Origin: a virus
IMG/VR virus record: IMGVR_UViG_3300042449_001328
Span: 25,690-89,689 of that record
Length of the DNA: 64,000 bases
Reading direction: 5' to 3' (one strand)
Under the pieces are notes generated by a model that made no database searches, was not told the origin of the DNA, and saw only the letters and a program-made list of their open reading frames with translations. This document shows positions 10,062 through 19,503 of the stretch, in pieces. The position numbers and the translations under genes are program-made. Within the stretch, counting starts at the first letter, position 1; each line of letters opens with the position of its first letter.

Positions 10062-12692
10062 TTATTTTGCCCTTATCTCTACTGTATTTATAGTTATGCC
10101 TGTTCCCGCTGTAAGAACTATCAATCTTACAAACCGCCAAATTTCATTTGCTACTTTATAGTGAACAATGCCAACTACTGAGGTCATATTACCACCACCA
10201 TGATTGTGCCAAATTGAACCGTCTGTCGAAAATTGCAATCCTAATGTCACTGCTGTTGTTTGTGCTGAAACAGATAGGACAAAATTAAAATTAGTGCAAC
10301 CTTCAATATAATACACTGGAGTTGTTGAATTGAGTGTGCTCAGATTTATAGACCTGTCTATAAATTGTAAAAACCTACTTGTTGAATCACTGGTCTGCAA
10401 TCTATTGATAGACCTAGTAAAAGAAGGTGACGTTCCTCCTATTGTTTGCACATATCGAACCCTATTGCCGCTCAATGATAATTTTGGAGTCCTGTAAACA
10501 CCAGTGGTTGTTATCCTAGGTAGATCATAAACCCTATACCAACTGGTACCGCTATCATCGCTTTCCTCTATGGATATATCGTAGGTAGGGTTTGTGCCGC
10601 TAACAGCGGTTACTGGTATTACCAATTCGTAACTTAACCCAAATGAAGGCGTTATAGCTGCTACTGTATTACTAGATGTAATGGCTGCACTTGCTACGTC
10701 TGCAACTATTGTTGGGATAGGGGATGGAGTTAACCCAATTAAATTTGTTCCAGCCGCTAAAGCTGGAAGTGTTGTAATTGCATTGATATTCCAAGTACCC
10801 GCTTGGCTAATACCCGCTGGAACTGTCACTGCCAATGAGCGAGACAAATCGCTAGAACCGTGCTGATTGGCTATCTCAACTATGTGCCTAGTGTATTCCA
10901 TCTCGTGTATGAAGTGTACACGCACATCCGTGCGCCTAATAACAGCACCGCCGCAATTGACAGAAACAAAATCAGGGCCTATTGATTCTAATTCGAGAGT
11001 AGTAGTGTTTAGTCTCAGTACTTTGTATGCCCCATCATATAATCCCATTGAAATTGCATCACAACCGTATAATTGGAATGTTTCACCTGGTAAAGGAGTA
11101 GTCCAGTTAGCATTCCCGATTAGCGTCAATACGTTATTTATTCGCGATATGCTTTGCACGTTTTGATTTAATAAACCTGGGGGAATTACCGATCCTTCTA
11201 CTTTCCAAACACCGCCTCCAGCCGAACTGGCTGTGACCGCTCCGCCTATCACAATAGTAAATTCAGTAGGCGAAACAATTGAAGCAACAGCAGTTTGGGC
11301 CGTTAAGTTTGGGAAGTTAACTATGTCGCGAACACCATAAATCTGTACTTGCTGACCTACGATTAGATTATGATCTACGTCTGTAACCACGTTTGCCGTG
11401 GTTGTTCCTGTTTTTGATATAGAAACAATTTTGGCAATCGGAGTAGTTAAGTTAGAAAGGTTTTTTGCCCTCACTCTAATCTTATAATATTTTTCTTCGT
11501 CTGGTATTCCTTGAGTGTATTTCAAAGGAGTGCTGGAAGCCGCAATTGAATCTGACAGTCTTGGTATCAACAACATTTCTTGCATCGTAGCTTGCAACTC
11601 CAAATGTGAAGCTGCATTAAAAGCATCTGAATACGGTGAAGTGTTTGATTGGGTCGCTGTTGTTGTATTTACTGTTGAGTTTATACTCCTGATGCTTGCA
11701 CCATTCCTTCTTGCAAACCAAGAGGCATTTGTAGCGGTAGTGTTTTCAAACAATACGCCTACTGCGTTATCAGCTCTTTTTACATGATCTGCCCATTCAA
11801 CAAATCCGCCAGCGTTGTAAGTTCCGTTTGCCAACGTACATGGGACTGTGATTGAAAGAGAAGAAACAATGGTGACCACAACAGGACCAACGTTAAGTCT
11901 TTTTTCTTCATTACCTTTTATAACAACACGATCTCCACCGTGCAAGTTATGTGGGGACGCAAAGTTTATAGTTGCTACGTTGCTGGTTATTGTAATTGTT
12001 CCTAAAATAGATAAATCAGCAATTGGTGAACCTACTTCAATAAGCCCTGCATTATCACATCCTACTAAAGAGACTTCAACCTCTTGACCTATAATTCTTT
12101 GCGACATTGAAAGAGCCGCAATAAACCTAGATGGCAGTTTAAACTTATCTTTTGATATTAACTCGTATTCTGAATTTGGCGTCAAAGGCGAGAGTGAAAT
12201 CTTTAAGTAAGAAGACCCAGCCGTATCCCCTCCTCTGGCAACAAACGAATCGGATTGGTTTGTCCATATCTGATCCCATACGGTCAGATCGGGAGATCCA
12301 GTGATAAAACCATCTCTGAATTTTCTCATTGCGTTGCCTGTTGCAACAGCATCGTTTTCAGTCAGTTTACCATATTGAGAATTGCCGTCTGTGTCTTTAA
12401 AACCAGCCATTTGAACTTTTGCTGGAACTGCTGAATTTACTAAAGAGGTAGCGTCACTTTCTTCAACAAATATTTGAAGCACGTCTGTACTGGACATACT
12501 AGAAGTGTTGTAAGCCAAAGTCAACACGTTGCCTGTCAATGAAGCACCTAACAGATTGTCGGCAAAATTATATACAACAATGTTTCTGGTAACGTTAGTG
12601 ATCAACAGCAATTGATCTAATGTTATAGCGTTACTAAAAGTTATTGTTCTATTAGTGGCGTTAAATATATAATCTGTTCTTTTTACTTTCAT
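10062..12692 (-). CDS. Large beta-rich virion appendage (neck whisker/fibre)
   Basis: 876 aa T/S/V/G-rich, repeated ATINFASPHNLHGGD / ANVVTDVDHNLIVGQ modules, C-terminal jelly-roll-like repeats (IEESDDSGTSW, LQFSTDGSIW). Confidence 0.6.
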   Translation of the reverse strand: MKVKRTDYIFNATNRTITFSNAITLDQLLLITNVTRNIVVYNFADNLLGASLTGNVLTLAYNTSSMSSTDVLQIFVEESDATSLVNSAVPAKVQMAGFKDTDGNSQYGKLTENDAVATGNAMRKFRDGFITGSPDLTVWDQIWTNQSDSFVARGGDTAGSSYLKISLSPLTPNSEYELISKDKFKLPSRFIAALSMSQRIIGQEVEVSLVGCDNAGLIEVGSPIADLSILGTITITSNVATINFASPHNLHGGDRVVIKGNEEKRLNVGPVVVTIVSSLSITVPCTLANGTYNAGGFVEWADHVKRADNAVGVLFENTTATNASWFARRNGASIRSINSTVNTTTATQSNTSPYSDAFNAASHLELQATMQEMLLIPRLSDSIAASSTPLKYTQGIPDEEKYYKIRVRAKNLSNLTTPIAKIVSISKTGTTTANVVTDVDHNLIVGQQVQIYGVRDIVNFPNLTAQTAVASIVSPTEFTIVIGGAVTASSAGGGVWKVEGSVIPPGLLNQNVQSISRINNVLTLIGNANWTTPLPGETFQLYGCDAISMGLYDGAYKVLRLNTTTLELESIGPDFVSVNCGGAVIRRTDVRVHFIHEMEYTRHIVEIANQHGSSDLSRSLAVTVPAGISQAGTWNINAITTLPALAAGTNLIGLTPSPIPTIVADVASAAITSSNTVAAITPSFGLSYELVIPVTAVSGTNPTYDISIEESDDSGTSWYRVYDLPRITTTGVYRTPKLSLSGNRVRYVQTIGGTSPSFTRSINRLQTSDSTSRFLQFIDRSINLSTLNSTTPVYYIEGCTNFNFVLSVSAQTTAVTLGLQFSTDGSIWHNHGGGNMTSVVGIVHYKVANEIWRFVRLIVLTAGTGITINTVEIRAK

Positions 12693-12695
12693 GGC

Positions 12696-13631
12696 TTATT
12701 GTAAGGCTATTGCGTATAATATTTGTTTTTTGAAATAGATTGAATCTAATTCATTTTTTTGCTTTGAGGTCAATGTATCGTACAGTGTTTGAGTGTTTGT
12801 GTTTTTAACTTGACGTTCAAATGCTGTAAGGTCTTCTGTTTGACAGATATTAGGTAGCCAACTGTTATCCAGCAATTTATCTCCATCAAAGTTTTCTGCA
12901 TCTTTTATGTGATGTGCTTTCTTAGCGATTGCATGAACTGGAAGGATAATTGGCGTAGGGACTCCATTGCTCACCACAGTAGACCTCATTGAATCCCTAC
13001 TTATGTCCCAAATATAGTAAGTGGGGGCGTGAACGTATCTAATGCTGACACAAGGATCGACTAATCCATTATAACTAGTATTGAAAGTGATTTTATTGTC
13101 TTGAAATGTATAATCGGTAATCTCTATTAATTTTGTTACCTTAGTAGACTCGTTTGCATATAACCCAATAAAGTCAATGCTTTTGATGTCGTATTTTGTC
13201 ATTGAAAACAAAGTAGTGCCAGCATCATCTAGGACTGGATATAAAATCTCACTCATTTCTGAAGTGCCGTCAACTATCACTAGTTGATCCATTCTCGATA
13301 ACTTGTTTTCTTCAAACGCAGTTACCCTGACCATCCCTAGATCATCTCTCCCCCACTCCTCAAACTTTTTATCGTTTGAGATACCTGAGATGATCATTTT
13401 GGTCTTTGTGGGGTTTGCCCAGAATTGACCTACTCCCCCACAGTTCTTGCAAGTTGTTCTGTGATCGCTTTCTTTTGATTTGCAAGGGCAAAGATAGGCT
13501 TTGCTGTAAATTACATTGTACCCCTTATCTCGAATAGTAGCATATACCTCTGATTTTACAAAGTCGGCATTTAATGTTGGACTTGTATCAAAGATTTGTT
13601 GTACTAATGTTTTTGAGGATAAGCGAGACAT
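12696..13631 (-). CDS. Neck/head-closure protein with Cys motif
   Basis: KAYLCPCK...CKNCGGVG typical of Herelleviridae neck proteins; downstream of adaptor. Confidence 0.65.
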   Translation of the reverse strand: MSRLSSKTLVQQIFDTSPTLNADFVKSEVYATIRDKGYNVIYSKAYLCPCKSKESDHRTTCKNCGGVGQFWANPTKTKMIISGISNDKKFEEWGRDDLGMVRVTAFEENKLSRMDQLVIVDGTSEMSEILYPVLDDAGTTLFSMTKYDIKSIDFIGLYANESTKVTKLIEITDYTFQDNKITFNTSYNGLVDPCVSIRYVHAPTYYIWDISRDSMRSTVVSNGVPTPIILPVHAIAKKAHHIKDAENFDGDKLLDNSWLPNICQTEDLTAFERQVKNTNTQTLYDTLTSKQKNELDSIYFKKQILYAIALQ

Positions 13632-13634
13632 TCG

Positions 13635-14615
13635 TTATTTTTGCCCAAGTTCTTTTTGTTTTTGAAAATGATGTTGAGCTTGAGATTGATGATATTTGAA
13701 AGCCTCTTGAGCAGCATTGCTTTGCTCTTTATCAAATCCTACTCCAAAAGCTTCTTTAGTAGCATGTCCAGCCATCCTTGTGTGGAAAGCCTCCATCTTA
13801 CTGTGATGCTCAATCTGCTTTTTCTTTTGATCGGCTAGGATTTTCTTTTCGTCTTTTGATAGGCTCGATTCGTGTTCGGATTGAGCATACTTTTGTGACT
13901 GCGTATCGTGATACTTTGCTTCGTCAGCATGATGCTTGTGAAGTTTCATTTCTAAATCTCTTGCAGCATACCCAACTTTACCTGCTGTATCAAAATGACG
14001 AGCAGCTTTATCTCTATGGGCAGTGGCTGCATCTGAATAATCTTTTGAAGATAAATTACCTCCACCTATTTTACCATCAGCATAGATTGGCTTTCCACTA
14101 GAAGTATGTCCGATCACATGACCTCCACGAGAGCCTTCGCCTGATTTGGCTTTGATGAGGTCGAGGTCTGAGTCGGATTTTTGCAATAATCCGTTTTTAA
14201 CTCCTATATGATGTTTTTGTTGTTCAAAAGCATAATCATTATCTTCCTTGTCTTTGGCAGTCGATCTAGTGTTATAATGATAATTTTCTCTAACCTTACC
14301 ATGAGCGTCAATAGCATCATTATGATCTTCAACTGTAAAGTCTTTATGGGAACTATGGTCTGCATTACTGTAGATAGGTTTACCAGATTTTGTGTGTCCT
14401 ATTATGTGACCTCCTCTACTTCCCTCACCGCCTTTAACTAGCAAGTTCTCCAACTGATCAATTGCCTTATTATATACATCTTGATCGATCAATCCTTTTG
14501 ATAGATTGTCAGATAGTTGTTTTCTGATCTGAACCTCAGTGGGAATATTTTCTACAAATCCCTTAACTAGATGAGGATTGGTTGATTGGTTTTTGTAGTC
14601 GTCAATAGTGATCAT
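13635..14615 (-). CDS. Modular putative internal head polyprotein (2 GGEGSRGG-IGHT-SGKPIY modules)
   Basis: Shares leader KGLID...QLENLLVK/GG and modules with 7178-8578. Confidence 0.65.
   Translation of the reverse strand: MITIDDYKNQSTNPHLVKGFVENIPTEVQIRKQLSDNLSKGLIDQDVYNKAIDQLENLLVKGGEGSRGGHIIGHTKSGKPIYSNADHSSHKDFTVEDHNDAIDAHGKVRENYHYNTRSTAKDKEDNDYAFEQQKHHIGVKNGLLQKSDSDLDLIKAKSGEGSRGGHVIGHTSSGKPIYADGKIGGGNLSSKDYSDAATAHRDKAARHFDTAGKVGYAARDLEMKLHKHHADEAKYHDTQSQKYAQSEHESSLSKDEKKILADQKKKQIEHHSKMEAFHTRMAGHATKEAFGVGFDKEQSNAAQEAFKYHQSQAQHHFQKQKELGQK
14122..14182. repeat. 61-nt exact direct repeat, copy 2
   Basis: Identical to 8163-8223. Confidence 0.9.
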
Positions 14616-14633
14616 ATCTTTTTAATTTTAAAT

Positions 14634-15458
14634 TTATAGCATAGGTAAAAATAATCCAAAAATAAGAGCGAGGCTGCCAATAGTCACTCCCACATAATTC
14701 GCTTTCAACGCTTCCATAATCTTGTCAAACTGATCTCCATCAATCTTAGCTAATGCGCCAAATGCTACACTTGAGGAACTAGCGGTTGTGCTTACTGATT
14801 GAGAAAGCCCATCGATACCTATTGACTTGTTTGTTACTCCAGGAACCCCTACGTTTTGTGAAATGACTGGAAGTAAGTCTATTTTAGCCCTTAATGCAAT
14901 TGCCTTCAAGAAATTTTGAGGCACTCGATTGAACCCCGTTACGTAAGTCAATTGCCAGTAGTTAGGGATAGTCTTATTGCCAAAGTAACCTACGTATGGG
15001 GTTAATCCTACAAATATAGATTGCCCTGATAATGTGGTTACAGAACCTTGCAAGGGTACTAGGTTGATATTCCTATGCCCACTTTCATCCCCTATCTGTT
15101 TTTTTACAGATAGCCATTCTTTAGGGTAATCTATTTGCAAAGTGGTATTGTAAAAGCCCAATACTTTGTGTGCATCTACTACAGGATATGTGGTAGGGAA
15201 GTATCCCCAATTCCACCAATCTTCTATGTAAAAAGTCCTATCTTCTTGAATAGCCTGTCTGTTGAGCTTTATGTTCAGAATATCCTCTACATAATCTTGT
15301 GCGCCCCTAATGTAAGCATCAATCATATCGTCTGTGATAGACTGGCAGTTAACGTTGGTCAACGGCAACCCAAATAAGTACAGTGATTTTAACTCAGAAG
15401 CTGAATATACTAACCCTGTGTTTTTTTGGTATGATATGGTGAATGTGATGCTGGGCAT
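14634..15458 (-). CDS. Head-tail adaptor/connector
   Basis: LKSLYLFGL..ITDDMIDAYIRGAQDYVEDILNIKL; YVTGF; SIGIDGLSQSVSTTAS. Confidence 0.75.
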   Translation of the reverse strand: MPSITFTISYQKNTGLVYSASELKSLYLFGLPLTNVNCQSITDDMIDAYIRGAQDYVEDILNIKLNRQAIQEDRTFYIEDWWNWGYFPTTYPVVDAHKVLGFYNTTLQIDYPKEWLSVKKQIGDESGHRNINLVPLQGSVTTLSGQSIFVGLTPYVGYFGNKTIPNYWQLTYVTGFNRVPQNFLKAIALRAKIDLLPVISQNVGVPGVTNKSIGIDGLSQSVSTTASSSSVAFGALAKIDGDQFDKIMEALKANYVGVTIGSLALIFGLFLPML

Positions 15459-15461
15459 TCG

Positions 15462-15749
15462 TTAATCTTCGCCATAAGCTTCTTGTCCATCATGTACAAT
15501 AATGATACTTCCAGCAGATGAAGCGGTTATAGCCGTAACTGGAAAGGGATAAACCGTATATGCTGGATAAGATGTTAACGTTATGGTATTGCCAGCATAC
15601 GTTCTTATTGTAATATTAGATACAGCGGTGCAAAAAAACAAAGCGGCCTCTAGCTTTTGCCCTAGTGAAGGTGAAACTATCCTATTGGCAGATGGTGTAT
15701 ATACTTCTTGCCAAGATCCGTCAATGTTGAAAGGTTTTAAATATGCCAT
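15462..15749 (-). CDS. Small putative virion (decoration-like) protein
   Basis: 95 aa beta-rich ORF with its own late promoter at 15754-15766. Confidence 0.5.
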   Translation of the reverse strand: MAYLKPFNIDGSWQEVYTPSANRIVSPSLGQKLEAALFFCTAVSNITIRTYAGNTITLTSYPAYTVYPFPVTAITASSAGSIIIVHDGQEAYGED

Positions 15750-15753
15750 GCTG

Positions 15754-15766
15754 TAAAAATACTAAA
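15754..15766 (-). promoter_or_regulatory. Putative late promoter, probably leaderless transcript
   Basis: TTTAGTATTTTTA-CAGC-ATG. Confidence 0.7.
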
Positions 15767-15774
15767 AATATTGC

Positions 15775-16188
15775 TTAACTTATTTTATCCAACAAGAACT
15801 TTCTTAGCTGAGTTTCATTCTTTCCTTCTATGTCTTTTTTGCTGATGCCTTCCACTAAAGGGATCAATTCGTTCAATTCATCAAAAGATGCAGACTCGAT
15901 TGCTTCTATCAAAGCATCGTCTTTTTCAGGTTTTGATGGTTCTTGCTTTTGCTCTTTTAGTTTTTGTTGTTTGGCCTGTTTCTGTTCTTTGGCTTCTGTT
16001 TGTTTTTTCTTTATCTCCTCTTTTGTGTTGAATTCTAAAGATCCTTTTGATGCTTCGATCAATTGATCTGCCAATTCAGATTCTACTTCTATGCTGCCGT
16101 CTGAATCTAAAGTCACTTCACCTACTACAGGTAAAATAAGGGTTTGACTTGCATACCTAGGATCTGTGAATAATTTTTTTGTTGCCAT
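15775..16188 (-). CDS. Hypothetical protein downstream of capsid
   Basis: 137 aa, K/E/Q-rich linker and small helical C-terminal domain. Confidence 0.6.
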   Translation of the reverse strand: MATKKLFTDPRYASQTLILPVVGEVTLDSDGSIEVESELADQLIEASKGSLEFNTKEEIKKKQTEAKEQKQAKQQKLKEQKQEPSKPEKDDALIEAIESASFDELNELIPLVEGISKKDIEGKNETQLRKFLLDKIS

Positions 16189-16221
16189 TTTTAATTAGGT
16201 TAATTTAGGAAGTAAAATTAA

Positions 16222-16250
16222 ATAAAAAAGTCCATATTTCTATGGACTTC
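16222..16250 (-). terminator. Intrinsic terminator after major capsid gene
   Basis: Minus strand AAGTCCATA-GAAA-TATGGACTT-TTTT. Confidence 0.8.
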
Positions 16251-16275
16251 TTTAAAATTATTTACTACAGACCTA

Positions 16276-17781
16276 CTATGTAGATGCTACAGTATAAGGG
16301 CCTACGTTTAAAAATCTCACTATTTTGCGCTGTGCAAAAACTACGGGTGTCCCAAAGAGGAACGCGATAAAACGCTTGCTCATTCCAAGTGTAGCTAAAT
16401 CCAGCTTACCTAGAGGTGCCAATTGTTTGAAGCTCAATACGTCTTCTGACATTTCAGTACAGAATGCTTCTTCTGTATCAGGCAAGAACCTGTTGCGATC
16501 TCTAACTACGTTAGCTGCCGCTCCGTCAAATCCAGCAGTTCTTTGTGCTACCGATACTTTGAAGATAGGGAAGAAAACAATATTATCTGTAGTAGCGTTC
16601 ACAGAAGGTGTAATCTTAGAACGGTAGATTTGATAACCAGTTGCTGGGTTTGCACCACCTGCGTCTGCAAAAGTCAAATCAACTGACTGACCTGCTGTCA
16701 AAGTGGTCTTAGTGGTGTTGTTTAACACTCGCAAAGAGCTTTCACCAAAACGGTTCAAAGCTGATACTGCGTAGAAAACTGCACCCAAAGCACCTGTATG
16801 AGTTTCTCCAGCCACAAACCTTGATTGACCTGCGTCTGCTACTAGGGCTGCGCCTGTAGCAGTTGGTGTGTTAGGGGCTTTTGCTGAAGTGGCTGTTGCA
16901 GATAAAGTTTTGGCTGCATCTTTCTTCATGCCTTTATCGTGCTTCAAAGCTACAGTACCGAATGTTGTGTCAATACCTTTGATTGGTGAACCTGGAGAAA
17001 TTGCTTGTGGAGAAGCATTAACCAAGATACGTTGACGTTGGAAGTAGTCTTTGGCAAGACCTGCAATTACAGAAGGAGGTGCAAACAAAGCATCTACGTT
17101 ACCGAAAGCATCGTCTACTTGGATAGAAGCGTCCTCTACTGTTTTTTGGTTCAAAGAAGCACCACGCAAGTCAATGACCGCAGGTGATGTCAAGTAGTCA
17201 TTCAATGAAGTGAATGCTGCGCCTGTACCTGTTGCACCGTGCTGTGCGTAAATTCCATTGAATTCTTGACCGATAATAGAAGCGTTCGCTTTGGTCAAGC
17301 TGCTGTTGGCTTTGCGAACAACCCACATTGTCTTGTTCTCAACTTCTTTGCGCATTGCGTCTACGTAAGAGCGAACAAGTTGGGCTTGGTAAGTTACCTC
17401 TCCAGTTACCTGAATATACTTTACCAATTCTGCTTTACGGATGTAAGTAGAATCTTCTACGTCTGAAAGTTCACCCTCAGAATAGAAACCTCCACGATCT
17501 GAACCGTAAGAAGATAATTGCAAATATTCCTCAACAGTGTTGTAAGCTGTTTGCTTAGGAATGGAATTCCAAAGCACGATGTCCTTCATGCGGAAATCGA
17601 GTAATTTTAAAGTAGTCTCTAAGCTCTCAGCTTTAAGAGGCTCTTGACCAAGTAGTTGGTTTGTAGTGTCACGACCAGTTACCGTTCCAGCTTGCATAGC
17701 TTTTAATAGGCTATCTACCTCCTGTTCGCTTCCGAAACCTCCGAAACCACTATCTTGATATGATGATAGATTTACGTCCAT
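16276..17781 (-). CDS. Major capsid protein (SPO1/K/A511-type) with predicted N-terminal cleavage LLK/AM
   Basis: LLKAMQAG..TG...PLKAESLETTLK..., NTVEEY, QLAPLGKLDLA motifs; follows protease and scaffold. Confidence 0.92.
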   Translation of the reverse strand: MDVNLSSYQDSGFGGFGSEQEVDSLLKAMQAGTVTGRDTTNQLLGQEPLKAESLETTLKLLDFRMKDIVLWNSIPKQTAYNTVEEYLQLSSYGSDRGGFYSEGELSDVEDSTYIRKAELVKYIQVTGEVTYQAQLVRSYVDAMRKEVENKTMWVVRKANSSLTKANASIIGQEFNGIYAQHGATGTGAAFTSLNDYLTSPAVIDLRGASLNQKTVEDASIQVDDAFGNVDALFAPPSVIAGLAKDYFQRQRILVNASPQAISPGSPIKGIDTTFGTVALKHDKGMKKDAAKTLSATATSAKAPNTPTATGAALVADAGQSRFVAGETHTGALGAVFYAVSALNRFGESSLRVLNNTTKTTLTAGQSVDLTFADAGGANPATGYQIYRSKITPSVNATTDNIVFFPIFKVSVAQRTAGFDGAAANVVRDRNRFLPDTEEAFCTEMSEDVLSFKQLAPLGKLDLATLGMSKRFIAFLFGTPVVFAQRKIVRFLNVGPYTVAST

Positions 17782-17819
17782 TTTTATTTATTTATTTAGT
17801 TTAATTGTTACGATTTAAT

Positions 17820-18548
17820 TTACCCTGTTATTACGATATTATGAAGTCTCCTTAATTCCCTTGCCACTACACCAGCTTCTCTTTGGTCTACACCCAAAGC
17901 ACCTGCTATCTCAACTGTTGAAGCGGCTTTTGCAAACATATTGTTCTCGTTGAAGTCATTGCCAGCTGCTTTTACCAAGGCTTCTACTACTTGTTTTTTG
18001 TTTCTTGAGATTGATAATTCTAGTTCCCCTTCTTGTTTAGAAGCAAAGCGATCCACAAAATTTTGTGTAGTGATCGACTTAGGGCCTGGGTTAGCTTTTG
18101 ATAAAGCGTTGATTGTTTCTTTGATCTCATCCAAAGATTTCTTTAGATCGTTGTTTTCTTGTTCTTTGCTTGACAATAAAGTTGTCATGGCTTCAAACTT
18201 TGAATCGTATGATTTAACGATTTCAGAAAGTTCTGCTTTAACAAGTTCTTGGGTTTCTGCTTTGTCGAATTTTTGAACAACCGTTCCCACGTTAGGCATT
18301 TCCTTTCCAGAAACTATTTCGCCTTCTTCAGGACCCATTGTAACAGAAGCTATTTTAGCTTTGATTTCTTCAGCCTTTTTCATGTACTCGTTGCCTTTTT
18401 TAAGGCACTCACTCATTTCGGCTTTCATTTTTTCAATCTCGTCTTTCGACATGCCTTTTACAATTTCTTGTTCAGGTTCAGCTTTAATTAAGCCTAGGGC
18501 TTGCTTTGCTATTAATATAGACTCTTCTGAAATTTTAGTAACTTCCAT
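17820..18548 (-). CDS. Scaffold-like protein
   Basis: Coiled-coil, between protease and capsid, about ten hydrophobic-x-K/[AGS] sites (LIKA, IVKG, FDKA, LVKA, IVKS, LKKS, LSKA). Confidence 0.7.
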   Translation of the reverse strand: MEVTKISEESILIAKQALGLIKAEPEQEIVKGMSKDEIEKMKAEMSECLKKGNEYMKKAEEIKAKIASVTMGPEEGEIVSGKEMPNVGTVVQKFDKAETQELVKAELSEIVKSYDSKFEAMTTLLSSKEQENNDLKKSLDEIKETINALSKANPGPKSITTQNFVDRFASKQEGELELSISRNKKQVVEALVKAAGNDFNENNMFAKAASTVEIAGALGVDQREAGVVARELRRLHNIVITG

Positions 18549-18610
18549 ATTTAGATTTTTGAAATCTTTTTATTCGTTGAAATTAAAAATACTTAAAAAA
18601 AATATATGTT

Positions 18611-19477
18611 TTAAACTTTGGATTTCTGATCAATAATATTCACAAGCTCCCAGAATTTATCACAACTGTCTTTATCCATGTTGTGTTCTTGTACTAGGTT
18701 GGAGTATAGTTCCCCTTTTGAAAACATATAACCTTGTTTCTTTTTCTTTCTTGGATCAATTCCGTTTACGCTTTCAGTTTGAGTTACTCCACTTGAAGCC
18801 GCTGCTGTTGATGCTGTTTGAATTCCTTCTGCTTTCCAGATTTTGATATTGAAGTCTTTGTCGATTGTCCTTCTTACTCCTTTGTCATCTGTTACGTCAA
18901 CTAAATAAGGTGTGAATTCACCTCCGTTATTTACATTCATGTCGGCTTTTTCAAAGTCATAATGAATATCTTCAAAACCGCCTTTCATGATTTCCATTTT
19001 TGTCCCCTTGCATTTTGGACTTGGTGTGATGGCTACGGCACTCAATTTTGACTTTAGGATTCTATTTTTATTTTTAGGGTCTCTCTGGAGTGCTTTCCCT
19101 TCAATGCTGAAGCCAAGACGTCTTGTGTCACTATCTCTTTCCAATATCTCACCCAAATCATATACGCTACGTGCTGTTTGACTAGATGGGTACAGTTTTC
19201 CTTCAATATATAAATCACCATCTTTTACTTCAGCTTTTGTAGGTTCGCCTATAATAGCTAGTGGATCTTTGGTCCAGAGATGATGGAAATTTAAGGTGCC
19301 TCTTGCAAGCAAATCTGATAAATCCATTCCTTCTGGTTCAAGAGTTTCACCATCGCTATCAACGCCTTGTTTAGTAGTACTGGCAATTCCCTTTATGCGC
19401 ATGTTTTGATATTTATCAGTGCCTTCGCCGCCTTTTTCTATTTCAAAAGGAATGAATATTGAAAATTTATCTTCCAT
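18611..19477 (-). CDS. Prohead protease
   Basis: IKGIAST..DSDGETL, LNFHH, IIGEP, LYIEGKLY, LGFSIEG, VAITPSP. Confidence 0.9.
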   Translation of the reverse strand: MEDKFSIFIPFEIEKGGEGTDKYQNMRIKGIASTTKQGVDSDGETLEPEGMDLSDLLARGTLNFHHLWTKDPLAIIGEPTKAEVKDGDLYIEGKLYPSSQTARSVYDLGEILERDSDTRRLGFSIEGKALQRDPKNKNRILKSKLSAVAITPSPKCKGTKMEIMKGGFEDIHYDFEKADMNVNNGGEFTPYLVDVTDDKGVRRTIDKDFNIKIWKAEGIQTASTAAASSGVTQTESVNGIDPRKKKKQGYMFSKGELYSNLVQEHNMDKDSCDKFWELVNIIDQKSKV

Positions 19478-19503
19478 CTCTATTTTATTTTTATTTTAAA
19501 TTA

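Noticed and set aside
8163-14182. DGR template/variable repeat pair
   Set aside because: Copies are identical with no adenine-specific mismatches, both coding, and no reverse transcriptase is seen
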